Notes: generated by a model not told the origin, from the sequence alone. A stretch of DNA of 64,000 nucleotides from Dehalococcoidia bacterium (GCA_965250195.1 OZ252295.1:1437528-1501527); one strand, 5' to 3'; shown: positions 53,035 through 61,703, counted from the first letter of the stretch. Made by a program: numbers and translations.

Positions 53035-53400
53035 GTGTCTAGCAATTTGCTAAACCGCCTGAAAGATGCTGGTCGACCAGTAACTGATTCGCCCGCCTCG
53101 AGCGTCGTCGAAGACGCGCTCACCCGTCTCAAAAAGGGGCAGGAGTGGTTGATGTCGAAGCACGACCAGCTCGCCGGCGGACCTGGTACTCCTGCTGTCG
53201 ATCAGTTCTTAAAAGGCCTCGACACATGGGTCGAGCTGGAGAACGAAGTCAGGGCCGGCGGATTCAAAGGCTGCCCGATGGGAGCTGACGGCTGCCCCGA
53301 AGACGCGATCGTGACCTGCGATGCCTGCCGGTCGACGTCGGACGGTACGGACCAGGGTCAACTACTACCCGAGTTCCTGGGTCTCGAAGGCGCGGCATGA
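53035..53400 (+). CDS. Hypothetical protein with C-terminal Cys cluster
   Basis: GCP....GCP.....TCDAC; start uncertain (52978 lies inside the iterons). Confidence 0.6.
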   Translation: MSSNLLNRLKDAGRPVTDSPASSVVEDALTRLKKGQEWLMSKHDQLAGGPGTPAVDQFLKGLDTWVELENEVRAGGFKGCPMGADGCPEDAIVTCDACRSTSDGTDQGQLLPEFLGLEGAA

Positions 53401-53540
53401 CGACCATCTCTCGGCGACAAACCGGAGTCGTGGAACACAACCGGGTACCACTGGAGACCTGCCACCGCGACCATCTGGTGGCCGTTACGAATGGCAATCG
53501 TGATCGAGTCTGTCAAAACGGAGTGAAAGGTAACGCATGA
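53397..53540 (+). CDS. 47-aa hypothetical protein
   Basis: Not in the ORF track; joins both neighbours by ATGA overlaps. Confidence 0.4.
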   Translation: MTTISRRQTGVVEHNRVPLETCHRDHLVAVTNGNRDRVCQNGVKGNA

Positions 53541-54040
53541 GCAACGTAGGCAACATAACGACCCGTCGACCGTGGGAAAGCCTAGTGTCCGAACTCGTCA
53601 GCGAGTTTCGGAAGTGGGATGTCCCGCGCCATGACATCGAGATACCGGCGTTCCGAGACGCCGAGCGCGCCGGGAAAGTAGAGGTTCGGTTCCTCAAGGA
53701 TGGCGAGTGGTATCCGGTGGAGTGTAAGGCCGGCGGCCGTGTCTTCGGTGTACGGGCGGCGATGCTCGCAATCCTGCAATCGGTAACCGCAACTCGCAAG
53801 GCTGACCAACGAGGCATCGGCTCCGTTCTCGGCCAAGTTGTAAGCGCGGTTGCTGCCCTCCCGCCGGCGAGGAATGTGAAAGACCCGCACGCAGTCCTTG
53901 GGGTGGCGCCGGGCAGCCCGATGACGGCGATGGTGACCGCTTACAGGAACAGCCTAAAAACCTCCCACCCGGACGGTGGCGGGTCTCCCGAAGCCTTCAA
54001 GGAAGTTCAGGAAGCCGGGAAGAAGCTCGGCATCACTTAA
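53537..54040 (+). CDS. Protein with C-terminal DnaJ (J) domain
   Basis: DPHAVLGV...AYRNSLKTSHPDGGGS.EAFKEVQEA with HPD; AAAGGT RBS. Confidence 0.85.
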   Translation: MSNVGNITTRRPWESLVSELVSEFRKWDVPRHDIEIPAFRDAERAGKVEVRFLKDGEWYPVECKAGGRVFGVRAAMLAILQSVTATRKADQRGIGSVLGQVVSAVAALPPARNVKDPHAVLGVAPGSPMTAMVTAYRNSLKTSHPDGGGSPEAFKEVQEAGKKLGIT

Positions 54041-54181
54041 TCAGTCGGCCGCGGTGCTGGCCGCGATTAGGGGCATGGTGGTCCCTGTCGCTGGTGCCGG
54101 TTAAACGGAGGAGTGAGCGCCCCTACCAAGGGCTCGGCCGCGGCCAGACCGGAAAGACAGAAGACTACAAAAGGTGACGCG

Positions 54182-54799
54182 ATGACACCAAAAGCACCCG
54201 CCGAGCCCGACCGGGTCTCCTGCCTCCGCTGCAGAGGTGAAATGGACAAGGTCGGCCTGGCTAATAACCACCAGGGATGCTCCAGCTGCCGGGGCCGAGC
54301 GCGCCTAAACCGCAGGGCTCGCTACAACGAGCGACTGCAGGATGGCCTTTGCCCGGGCTGCGCCGGCCCGCGAGACCTGGCCGGAATCCAGTGCTCGGAC
54401 TGCCGATCGCGGAATCGTGTCAGCCAAACGGAGAACCGGACCACGGGAAAGGCGACCGCCTACCAGAACGCCTACATCGCCAGGAACCGGGCCAGGGGCA
54501 CGTGCGGCTACTGCGGCGGCCGGCTAGAGCCCGGTTACCGGATGTGCGCCAGCTGCCGACAGCGGCGCCGAGAGGTCTACCAGCGTGACCCTATCGGCCA
54601 TCGACTCCGGGCGCTCAGGCGTGGGTACTACAAGCCGCGCCCTTCCCCGCTGTGCGTGCGCTGCCATACGGCCGGGACCAGGTGCATTCCTGGGTGCGGA
54701 AAGATGACGGCGTTCCACCACCAGGAGTCGGGCTGCTACGCGACCTGTAAATGTGGCCGGCAGCGAGCTATCGAGATCGGTGTCGGGTCAGCCGCATGA
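54182..54799 (+). CDS. Cys/Arg-rich multi-zinc-finger protein
   Basis: Many CxxC pairs (CLRC, CSSC, CPGC, CSDC, CGYC, CASC, CVRC); AAAGGT RBS. Confidence 0.7.
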   Translation: MTPKAPAEPDRVSCLRCRGEMDKVGLANNHQGCSSCRGRARLNRRARYNERLQDGLCPGCAGPRDLAGIQCSDCRSRNRVSQTENRTTGKATAYQNAYIARNRARGTCGYCGGRLEPGYRMCASCRQRRREVYQRDPIGHRLRALRRGYYKPRPSPLCVRCHTAGTRCIPGCGKMTAFHHQESGCYATCKCGRQRAIEIGVGSAA

Positions 54800-54960
54800 C
54801 AGGTAACGCGATGAAAAAGTTTTACGACTGCGATTGTCACCTATGCCGCGAGTGCATCGCCCTTTATGAACGACACCAGGCCAAGTGGACCCCGGACGCC
54901 CAGCGGGAGCTCGATCGGGAATTCAAGAACACACACGAAGGCCGCGACGAATGTGCATGA
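54796..54960 (+). CDS. Small Cys-rich protein
   Basis: CDCHLCREC; ATGA overlaps on both sides. Confidence 0.55.
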   Translation: MTGNAMKKFYDCDCHLCRECIALYERHQAKWTPDAQRELDREFKNTHEGRDECA

Positions 54961-55166
54961 ATCGTAACGAAGACCCGCTGCCCCTACCGGCCGATGCCAA
55001 GCCCATGACCCGTGGGGAATTGGACTCGATGGGCGAACACTCGCCCTTTGAAGATGACAACGTTGATGAGTTTCTGGCCTCAATCGGGCGCGGGCCGCTC
55101 GTTGAAAACTGCCCGACCTGCGGCGGAGCCGGCTACGTCCGTAAAGACGCCCCGACGGATCAATAG
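54957..55166 (+). CDS. Small hypothetical protein
   Basis: ATGA-coupled; CPTCGGAG motif. Confidence 0.55.
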   Translation: MNRNEDPLPLPADAKPMTRGELDSMGEHSPFEDDNVDEFLASIGRGPLVENCPTCGGAGYVRKDAPTDQ

Positions 55167-55179
55167 GGAGAGCAGCGTT

Positions 55180-55335
55180 ATGGATTACTTGGAGAAAGCC
55201 GAACAGCACCTGGCAAAGGCTGAAGACATTTTGGAGCAGCGCCACACCAAGGCCGACGGTCGGTTGCCACGAGTACGGGGTTCTAGGGGCCTCTGCGTCG
55301 TTTGTGGGCGTGCCAGGGCGGGACATGATGGGTGA
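55180..55335 (+). CDS. Small hypothetical protein
   Basis: GGGAG RBS; MDYLEKAEQHLAKAE...CVVCG. Confidence 0.5.
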   Translation: MDYLEKAEQHLAKAEDILEQRHTKADGRLPRVRGSRGLCVVCGRARAGHDG

Positions 55336-56098
55336 GGTCGTCCGCGCCGCTCTCTACGCTCGTGTGTCGACTCGGGACAAGCACCAGAACCCCGACGTCC
55401 AGCTCCGACAGATGAGGTCCTGGTGTGAGCTGCGAGGGTGGGAGATCGTCGAGGAATACACCGACGTCGCCTCCGCCAACGACATGCGCCGGCGCGAGCG
55501 ATGGCGGCACCTGGTCGACGACGTCGCCCGTCGGCGCTTCGACGTGGTCCTGGTCCAAGCCCTCGATCGAGCGTTCCGGTCGGTCAAGCACCTGCACGAC
55601 ACCCTGGAGGCGTTCGGCCTCACCAAAACGGACTTCACCAGCGTCCGGGAGCAGATCGACACATCGACGGCCATGGGGCGGTTCTTTATGACGGTGCTCG
55701 GGGCGCTCGCCGAGCTGGAGCTTTCGATTATCAGGGAACGCATCAACGCTGGCCAGGAGCACGCGCGAGCACACGGGAAGGTAATCGGCCGAGCGCCGGC
55801 GATCAACAGGCCCGCCGTCAAGCAAAAACTAGCCGACGTCCTGCGTCGAGTACTCGACGACGAGCTGAGCCAGCGAGACGCCGCGGTCAAGCTCGAAATC
55901 GGCCGGGCTTCACTGTCACGCGGCATCCAGTGGTTGGTCGGGCCAGGCACTGGATTCGCCGGCGACTACGGCGTCGACGAAAAGCTTCTGGTCGAGCTGA
56001 TCTACCGATTTTCACCAGATCCGGAAGGAAACGGCGTCGAGGCGTCCACGGAGAGCGACGTTGCAGCGGCCCCGCAGGGAATTGGTCCGGGTGTTTGA
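55325..56098 (+). CDS. Small serine recombinase (resolvase/invertase family) with C-terminal HTH
   Basis: ALYARVST, Q..QL, LDRAFRS, IDTSTAMGR, AELE...IRER...G, GR, SQRDAAVKLEIGRASLSR. Confidence 0.92.
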   Translation: MMGEVVRAALYARVSTRDKHQNPDVQLRQMRSWCELRGWEIVEEYTDVASANDMRRRERWRHLVDDVARRRFDVVLVQALDRAFRSVKHLHDTLEAFGLTKTDFTSVREQIDTSTAMGRFFMTVLGALAELELSIIRERINAGQEHARAHGKVIGRAPAINRPAVKQKLADVLRRVLDDELSQRDAAVKLEIGRASLSRGIQWLVGPGTGFAGDYGVDEKLLVELIYRFSPDPEGNGVEASTESDVAAAPQGIGPGV

Positions 56099-56159
56099 AA
56101 TAGATCCGTTTCTCGACGCGGGTATACAGGGGCGGAGAGCCCGGCCGGAATCGAGGCCG

Positions 56160-56387
56160 TTACAGGGCTGTCGTCGTGTAGAAGACGTGAGGCGTCCCGC
56201 CGGCGCCGGCGGGGGTGACGTCCAGGATCGCGAACGCGACAGCGACATCGCCGGTGTTCGCGAAGTCGGTCTGGCTGTAGGCGTACTCGGCCGCCGGCGT
56301 TTCGGGGAGTCCGGAAACTTCGATCGCAGCGCCGAAGGCGACGGCTCCTGCCAACGAGCCGCCCACCAAATATTCACGCAATCCCAT
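56160..56387 (-). CDS. Small counter-oriented protein with N-terminal hydrophobic segment, probably leaderless
   Basis: TATAAT 6 nt before ATG; MGLREYLVGGSLAGAVAFGAAI... Confidence 0.5.
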   Translation of the reverse strand: MGLREYLVGGSLAGAVAFGAAIEVSGLPETPAAEYAYSQTDFANTGDVAVAFAILDVTPAGAGGTPHVFYTTTAL

Positions 56388-56416
56388 AGAGAAATTATAC
56401 GGAGGTAGTCCAAGCC

Positions 56417-56758
56417 TTGAACAGCGAAGCTCTGTTGACGTTAGTGGACCGGTGGCGCACAGATCGAGCGTCCGCCGATCGGGTGAGTCGAGAGCCGGCA
56501 GTTTCATTCTGGAACGACGCCCGTGCCGCCTGCGCGAACGAGTTGCAAGCCGTATTGACCGCCGCGATAGAGCCGCCAGCTCGTCCGTTTTCGCTCCTGC
56601 ACCTGTCGCCGCGGTGGACGGTCATGTTTAACAGGCGCCAGTTTCATTGGGGCCTCCACTGGTCGCTCCCTGGGCAAGACGCCCGAGCTTATCTGTGGGG
56701 AATCGACCTCGGGCCATTCGTTCTGATGCGCCGGCCTGGTGGCCCGAAAACGGGGTGA
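56417..56758 (+). CDS. Hypothetical protein
   Basis: GGAGGT RBS at 56401; Trp-rich. Confidence 0.6.
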   Translation: MNSEALLTLVDRWRTDRASADRVSREPAVSFWNDARAACANELQAVLTAAIEPPARPFSLLHLSPRWTVMFNRRQFHWGLHWSLPGQDARAYLWGIDLGPFVLMRRPGGPKTG

Positions 56759-56837
56759 CCGTGACAGGTACGGAAATGGATCCAAATTCGGGGTGCCCGA
56801 AACCACATGTTTACGGGCCACGTTCGGAGAATCAATC

Positions 56838-57218
56838 GTGAAGATCATTTCGTTCGGTTGGACATCGGAGGCCCTGCTGGCCGGCGTTAAGACCGTGACC
56901 CGTCGGGACTGGAAGCCGAGCTTTGTCAACCAGTGGTCTGTCGGCGACCAGGCCCAGGCCTGGGATAAAAACCCGCGGGCAGGCGGGAAGCGAATCGGAA
57001 CCATCGAAATGACCGAACCGTTGACCCGCCAGCCGACCAGCTCCATGACTGCCCAGGACTACATAGACGAAGGGTTCGAGTGGATGGAGGCCAACGGGCT
57101 GTATATGCCGGCCGGGTCGCCGTGGGCGGGGCTGAGTCCGGCTGCGGCGTTCGATGTCTGGCAAGGCGAAGACGTGCCCATGTGGGTTGTGCGGTTCCGG
57201 GTGGTCGGCACGACATGA
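56838..57218 (+). CDS. ASCH/PUA-like domain protein
   Basis: ISF....EALLAGVKTVTRR.W, VGD, DYIDEGF, WVVRF; GGAG RBS. Confidence 0.75.
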   Translation: MKIISFGWTSEALLAGVKTVTRRDWKPSFVNQWSVGDQAQAWDKNPRAGGKRIGTIEMTEPLTRQPTSSMTAQDYIDEGFEWMEANGLYMPAGSPWAGLSPAAAFDVWQGEDVPMWVVRFRVVGTT

Positions 57219-57430
57219 CGGGACAGAGACGCCGTGACCGCCCCCGCGACCGCCTGTGCTGGTGGTGCAGGACCGCGACGTCCATCGGCGACACGAATTT
57301 CTGTAGTACGAGCCACCGAGATCTCTACATGGGCGGCGTGAGGGCTAACGTGCAGCCCGGCGGCACGGCCGGCTATTACCAGAGCAAGACGCAAGGCGGG
57401 CCGTCGTCGGCCGAAAGTGTTTGGCGGTAA
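57215..57430 (+). CDS. Small putative Zn-finger protein
   Basis: CWWC...FCSTSH; ATGA-coupled. Confidence 0.5.
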   Translation: MTGQRRRDRPRDRLCWWCRTATSIGDTNFCSTSHRDLYMGGVRANVQPGGTAGYYQSKTQGGPSSAESVWR

Positions 57431-57660
57431 TGGCCCGTTCGGTAGCCGTCGCCAGAAACCCTCTCGCCTTCGAGCGATGCATGGAGCACGGGCTGGCCGC
57501 GTTCTGCTATCTCCAGGGCGACGGCAGCCACGTCGACGGAAACGATTGCCGGTGTGACGAGATAGCCGGTCGGCCGCATCCCGAGTGTCCGGTCGAGGCG
57601 CACGCACGAGCCGGCCAGGCGATCGGGATCAAGGTAAACGGTCAATTAAGGATGCTTTAG
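57430..57660 (+). CDS. Small Cys/His-rich protein
   Basis: CMEH...C...CRC...HPECPVEAH; TAATG coupling. Confidence 0.5.
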   Translation: MARSVAVARNPLAFERCMEHGLAAFCYLQGDGSHVDGNDCRCDEIAGRPHPECPVEAHARAGQAIGIKVNGQLRML

Positions 57661-57667
57661 GAGAGCC

Positions 57668-58171
57668 ATGCCAAAGACAGCCAACGCGAGATTGAAGCCG
57701 GGTCAACGGTGGGAGCTGCTCAACATTCGGGTGCGGCAGATCGCCGGACCCACGCAACCGAGCTTTACCGTACTCGAGATGTACGAACGCCAGGGACGGG
57801 TCGTCGTCTATGGGGAATCCCATTTTTTCGAGGTCCACACGTACTTACACGGTGTAATCGGTGTCAAAGACAAGGCCGGCGCATTCGTGGTCGCTCCGGG
57901 GATGAACGCCCAGGCCGTCGACAGCTCTACAGAGTTATTTCATGGTCAACCACTCCGCCTGGTCGATCCGACCGACCGGCGGGTGCAGATCCCGGTCGTT
58001 AATTGGGCGGCGAGACTCGGCGAGCTTTGGTGGACGCCGCAGGGCCAACAAACCGACAAGGACGAGCTGATCCGGAGGGGTGAGCTGGTCTGCAAGATGA
58101 TGTTCGAGCTGGAGCGCGACGGCAAACTGCCGCTGTGGTTCAGGCGCGGAAGGATCATGCAGCGGAACTAG
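57668..58171 (+). CDS. Hypothetical protein, last gene of the early module
   Basis: AGGAG RBS; ends just before the terminator. Confidence 0.7.
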   Translation: MPKTANARLKPGQRWELLNIRVRQIAGPTQPSFTVLEMYERQGRVVVYGESHFFEVHTYLHGVIGVKDKAGAFVVAPGMNAQAVDSSTELFHGQPLRLVDPTDRRVQIPVVNWAARLGELWWTPQGQQTDKDELIRRGELVCKMMFELERDGKLPLWFRRGRIMQRN

Positions 58172-58186
58172 CGAGGGTTTCCCTGG

Positions 58187-58227
58187 AAACGAAAGGGCCC
58201 CGGCCGATGTCGGGGCCCTTTCGTTTT
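58187..58227. terminator. Bidirectional intrinsic terminator between converging modules
   Basis: AAACGAAAGGGCCCCGGC-cgat-GTCGGGGCCCTTTCGTTTT. Confidence 0.85.
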
Positions 58228-58248
58228 GTCAGCGCCTGGTGGGTTCGT

Positions 58249-58908
58249 CTATCGAGAGTTTGTCAGCGCCCACAGGACGCCGACGGCCACAATCACCGCC
58301 CCCAGCCCGAGCTTTTTTACTGCCGACGCCGGCGCTCCGGGCACCGTTCCGTCAGGCGGTGTGACAATAGGCGGGGGCGGCGCCGGCTCGTCAAACGTCA
58401 ACGAGTCGACCAGGTCCTGGACGCTGAGCGCCGGTGCCGGCATTTCCTCGATCGGTGTGAGGGTGGCCGACGTCGGCTCGGGTTCTATAACGGACAGGAC
58501 CGTTGCCGGCGGCGGGGCGACATCGGCTGCAGTCGGCCCAGGATCTGCTGGTTTCCCGTCGAGCAGCCCGGAATTGCGACCGGGTATGAACGTCGCGAGA
58601 TCCAGCGTGTAGTGGCCTTCCGCAACGTAGTCTGACCTCGGGAACGTTACGATGCTCGCCACGGACCCGTCGCGCCTGGTGAGATCAAACCGCATCATGC
58701 CCGACCACGTTCCCTCCGGGATCTGAATAAACCCGGTGATCCGGTTCGGCTCCGTCTGTCCGACGTAGACCCGCCCCTCCACCCGGCCGAGTTGCGTGAT
58801 GTCGAAGGGGCCGTAATGGTCTATCGGGCCGCTCGTGGTCGCCGTCGTCACCCGGTAGCTCACAAACTCGACGTTGTTCTTGGCCCACAGGTTCATCCAG
58901 GTGCTCAT
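58249..58908 (-). CDS. Putative virion membrane protein: beta-rich N-domain, Pro-rich linker, C-terminal TM anchor
   Basis: ...PAPPPPIVTPP...KKLGLGAVIVAVGVLWALT; AGGA RBS. Confidence 0.6.
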   Translation of the reverse strand: MSTWMNLWAKNNVEFVSYRVTTATTSGPIDHYGPFDITQLGRVEGRVYVGQTEPNRITGFIQIPEGTWSGMMRFDLTRRDGSVASIVTFPRSDYVAEGHYTLDLATFIPGRNSGLLDGKPADPGPTAADVAPPPATVLSVIEPEPTSATLTPIEEMPAPALSVQDLVDSLTFDEPAPPPPIVTPPDGTVPGAPASAVKKLGLGAVIVAVGVLWALTNSR

Positions 58909-58921
58909 CGTGTCCTGCCTT

Positions 58922-59137
58922 TCATTCTTCGTTTAGGTGGCGGGTCAGCTCCGAGGTGATCGCGCTAGCGCCCTCGGTATGGCCGTCCCGTTCGAGTACT
59001 CGTGCGATCGCGAGAGCTAATAACTGATTCGTTCGGGCCAGATGATCGAGCCGCTTTTCGAGCCGCCACATGAACCACAGTAGGACGACCCCCGCGATGC
59101 CGCCGTTTATTAAGAGTTCGACGATTCGGTCTTCCAA
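58922..59137 (-). CDS. Holin-like single-TM protein (YvrJ-like pattern)
   Basis: LLINGGIAGVVLLWFMWRLEKRLDHL followed by a coiled coil; AGGAGG RBS. Confidence 0.55.
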   Translation of the reverse strand: MEDRIVELLINGGIAGVVLLWFMWRLEKRLDHLARTNQLLALAIARVLERDGHTEGASAITSELTRHLNEE

Positions 59138-59218
59138 TATTGAGATCCCCTCCTGGCTAGGGTGTGGCGTCTGCCGCCTCTCGTTGGGTCCTGTTCTGAT
59201 AGTTAGGGTGGGCAGCGA

Positions 59219-59689
59219 TCACCGGCAGCCTCGTTGCCTGACTCGCCGGGATGGAGGCAACATCGGGGTCGGCGTCGGATCGGTGACCTTTAGGAGCGTG
59301 AGGATCGAGTGCGGTTCATCCGGTGCGCCGCCCACGAAGGAGAGGCCCGGGGCGTCGGGCACGTCGCCCTTTTGGCTTGACGCCGCGGTGAATTTCATCA
59401 GGTAGCCGGAGCCTTGCCTGATAAAGCGGTCTGCCGCCGGCGCCGCGTCCCACGTAGTGACGTGGGCGTTGCGGGATCTATCGGTGGGGGTAGCTTGTTC
59501 CGCGTCGTCTTTGTCGGCGATCCACAGGTACCGGACGTCGCCGCCGACTATGCGGATCAGCTCCGCCCGGAAATTCTGATCAATTTGGGCGCCGCCGAAC
59601 GAGTCGACGGCGAACTTTTCCGCCCCGTCAGGAGAAAAGACGCCGTCGACCTGCTGGTCGTTTATTTCGATGCCGCGTACTTGTGCCAT
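59219..59689 (-). CDS. Putative virion protein; 3' end possibly frameshifted
   Basis: Within the structural operon; see findings. Confidence 0.55.
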   Translation of the reverse strand: MAQVRGIEINDQQVDGVFSPDGAEKFAVDSFGGAQIDQNFRAELIRIVGGDVRYLWIADKDDAEQATPTDRSRNAHVTTWDAAPAADRFIRQGSGYLMKFTAASSQKGDVPDAPGLSFVGGAPDEPHSILTLLKVTDPTPTPMLPPSRRVRQRGCR

Positions 59690-59707
59690 GATCGTTTCCC
59701 TGGAAAC

Positions 59708-60298
59708 CTAGTCGCTCTCGACCATCCACTCCAACAGCAACTCGTTGCCCGACGTCGCCGGGTCGATGTGGATCTTGACGTTGACCACGTCGGCGGCGTT
59801 GCCGCCGGCGACCACCTCATACTCGATCGTCAAGGTTAGGGTTTCGCCGTCGTCGATCGTGGCGTCCGTAAACGTGAAGTGGAACAGGTCTATCACGCTC
59901 TCGCCGGCGACGGTCCTGGTCTGCCCGTTGGCCGTCTGCTCGGCGATGTTGTTGCTGGCGGCCAGGATGCAGTTTGTTCGGGCCGTGGCTCCGCCTACGT
60001 TCGTTGTGGACGTGTCTTGCGTCTTCACCCGAACCATCAGAGATCCGGAGATGATGACCTTACGCGGCACAGGAATAGCGATCGTGAAAAGGGCGGTCGT
60101 GCCGGTGTTCTCCAGGCCGATGTACTGGGTGTCGTCCTGGGCCGCCGGGCCCGCCTGTTTAATGGCGGCGTCTGCGTCCATACGGACGAGCGCCAGCGTC
60201 CCGACCGGTTCCGCGTCCCCGTTGACCGCGACCGCAGATAGCGGGTTCTTAAAGAGGGCGATCTCTCCCGCTCTTGCTGGTCCAGTTGCAACAACCAT
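59708..60298 (-). CDS. All-beta putative vertex/spike protein
   Basis: Alternating beta-strand pattern (FTIAIPV, SLMVRVKT, FHFTFT, LTLTIEYEV, VNVKIHID), Thr/Ala-rich. Confidence 0.55.
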   Translation of the reverse strand: MVVATGPARAGEIALFKNPLSAVAVNGDAEPVGTLALVRMDADAAIKQAGPAAQDDTQYIGLENTGTTALFTIAIPVPRKVIISGSLMVRVKTQDTSTTNVGGATARTNCILAASNNIAEQTANGQTRTVAGESVIDLFHFTFTDATIDDGETLTLTIEYEVVAGGNAADVVNVKIHIDPATSGNELLLEWMVESD

Positions 60299-60894
60299 TA
60301 CGACTGCGTCCCCACGCTACGTAGGCCAGAGCTGGCGTCTCCGAGCGCCAAGAACGGGAACTCGCTGGGCTGTAGCGAGAGCCGGGCTTCCGAACGCTCA
60401 ACGACTCGGATCACGTTGTTCTGAATGTATTCGCCGCCCTCCAGGACCGGACCCACGTGGGCCGGATCTCTGGTCTGTGTGTCCTTGACGACGCGCAGGC
60501 GCATCCGGATGTCCAGGTCCACCGGAGTCGGCGTCGCGGCTGGCCTGAATATCACCACCGCCGCAATGGTCGCCGGGCTCGTCGAGCCGACCAGCACGCT
60601 GTTCGAGGATGTTTCAGCGACGATGCTGTCGTTTTCTGACGACCACCGGTTGCGGCCGGGGAGCGTTGCGACCAGGCGCTGCGGGCTCGGGAACATCGGC
60701 CGTATGACCTCCAGCTCCATGTACACGACCTCGGGCGCTCCGCCCTGGTTCGTGACGGACCACCGGCTCAAAACCATCAGGCCCTGGTCCAGCTCGATGG
60801 CGGTTCTTACGAAATGGCTTTCCTGTCCGGCCTGAGCGAGCATCGGAATCGCATCCAGGCCTCGCCGGGATCTGGCAAAAAGTCTAATGGTCAT
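60298..60894 (-). CDS. Putative structural protein (beta-rich)
   Basis: Coupled to both neighbours; GGGGT RBS. Confidence 0.55.
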   Translation of the reverse strand: MTIRLFARSRRGLDAIPMLAQAGQESHFVRTAIELDQGLMVLSRWSVTNQGGAPEVVYMELEVIRPMFPSPQRLVATLPGRNRWSSENDSIVAETSSNSVLVGSTSPATIAAVVIFRPAATPTPVDLDIRMRLRVVKDTQTRDPAHVGPVLEGGEYIQNNVIRVVERSEARLSLQPSEFPFLALGDASSGLRSVGTQS

Positions 60895-61150
60895 CTATCA
60901 CCCCTAAAAGCACTCTCTTGAAATCTGAGTCCGCGACGTCGCGGGCCAGTAAAACCGGAGTTGACGCCGGCACGAGGCGCGCTGGCCCCGGCGGCGGTTC
61001 GCCTTCCCGCCGGCCGCCCGGCGGCAACTGGTCGGCCTGGTCCTGGTCCGAACTCCCGGTTAGTAGAAGCCATCCCAGCGCGCCGATGACCAGCACCAAC
61101 AATCCGCTGTTTGATTGACCCACCTTCGCTCCTGTCATCTTGATGGCCAC
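60884..61150 (-). CDS. Small single-TM membrane protein
   Basis: GLLVLVIGALGWLLLTG followed by a Pro-rich segment. Confidence 0.55.
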   Translation of the reverse strand: MAIKMTGAKVGQSNSGLLVLVIGALGWLLLTGSSDQDQADQLPPGGRREGEPPPGPARLVPASTPVLLARDVADSDFKRVLLGVIDDH

Positions 61151-61154
61151 ACAT

Positions 61155-61703
61155 CTAGGGGCCGTTCTGGACTACACAGATAACGCTTAGCAGTCCGGCT
61201 GTGGGAGCGACTGGCGCCTTGACCTTCACCCCTTGAAAAAGCGTCCAGGGATTCGGGCTCGCTGCGCCGCTTGGCAGAAAAATTGTGCGCCTACCGGCTG
61301 ACACCGGCCCTGATAGGTCCAGCTCGGCCGGGCTCTGATTGTTGTTGGTGACGTCACCGACCAAAATCACCGAAACGCCCTCGTCGAGTTTGTTGTCGAC
61401 CACGTAGAACCAGGCCGTGGCCTGGTTCAGGTCGGCCAGCTCCGCCGGCAGGTGTTCGTTGGTGTCGCGGATCGCTTCATCTGTGAGCATTTGATAGACC
61501 GTGAACGTAGCGGCCGGGCCGCTCTCGCCAATCGAAGCGATCCCCAGGTTGTCTTGTTTGCGATCCGTCAACGCGGCGCGAAGCTGGTCAGGCCCGATAA
61601 CGATGACGGCTACCGCGGGGGCGCTTCCGTGGCCGCCGAGCTGGGCGGTGTCGATCGCGCCGCCGATCTGGTCCAAGAGCTGCTGTTGTGCCTGTGGGTT
61701 CAT
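61155..61703 (-). CDS. Putative structural protein (C-terminal beta-sandwich-like)
   Basis: ATGA-coupled; WFYVVDNKLDEGVSVILVG...GVKVKAPVAPTAGLLSVICV. Confidence 0.55.
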   Translation of the reverse strand: MNPQAQQQLLDQIGGAIDTAQLGGHGSAPAVAVIVIGPDQLRAALTDRKQDNLGIASIGESGPAATFTVYQMLTDEAIRDTNEHLPAELADLNQATAWFYVVDNKLDEGVSVILVGDVTNNNQSPAELDLSGPVSAGRRTIFLPSGAASPNPWTLFQGVKVKAPVAPTAGLLSVICVVQNGP

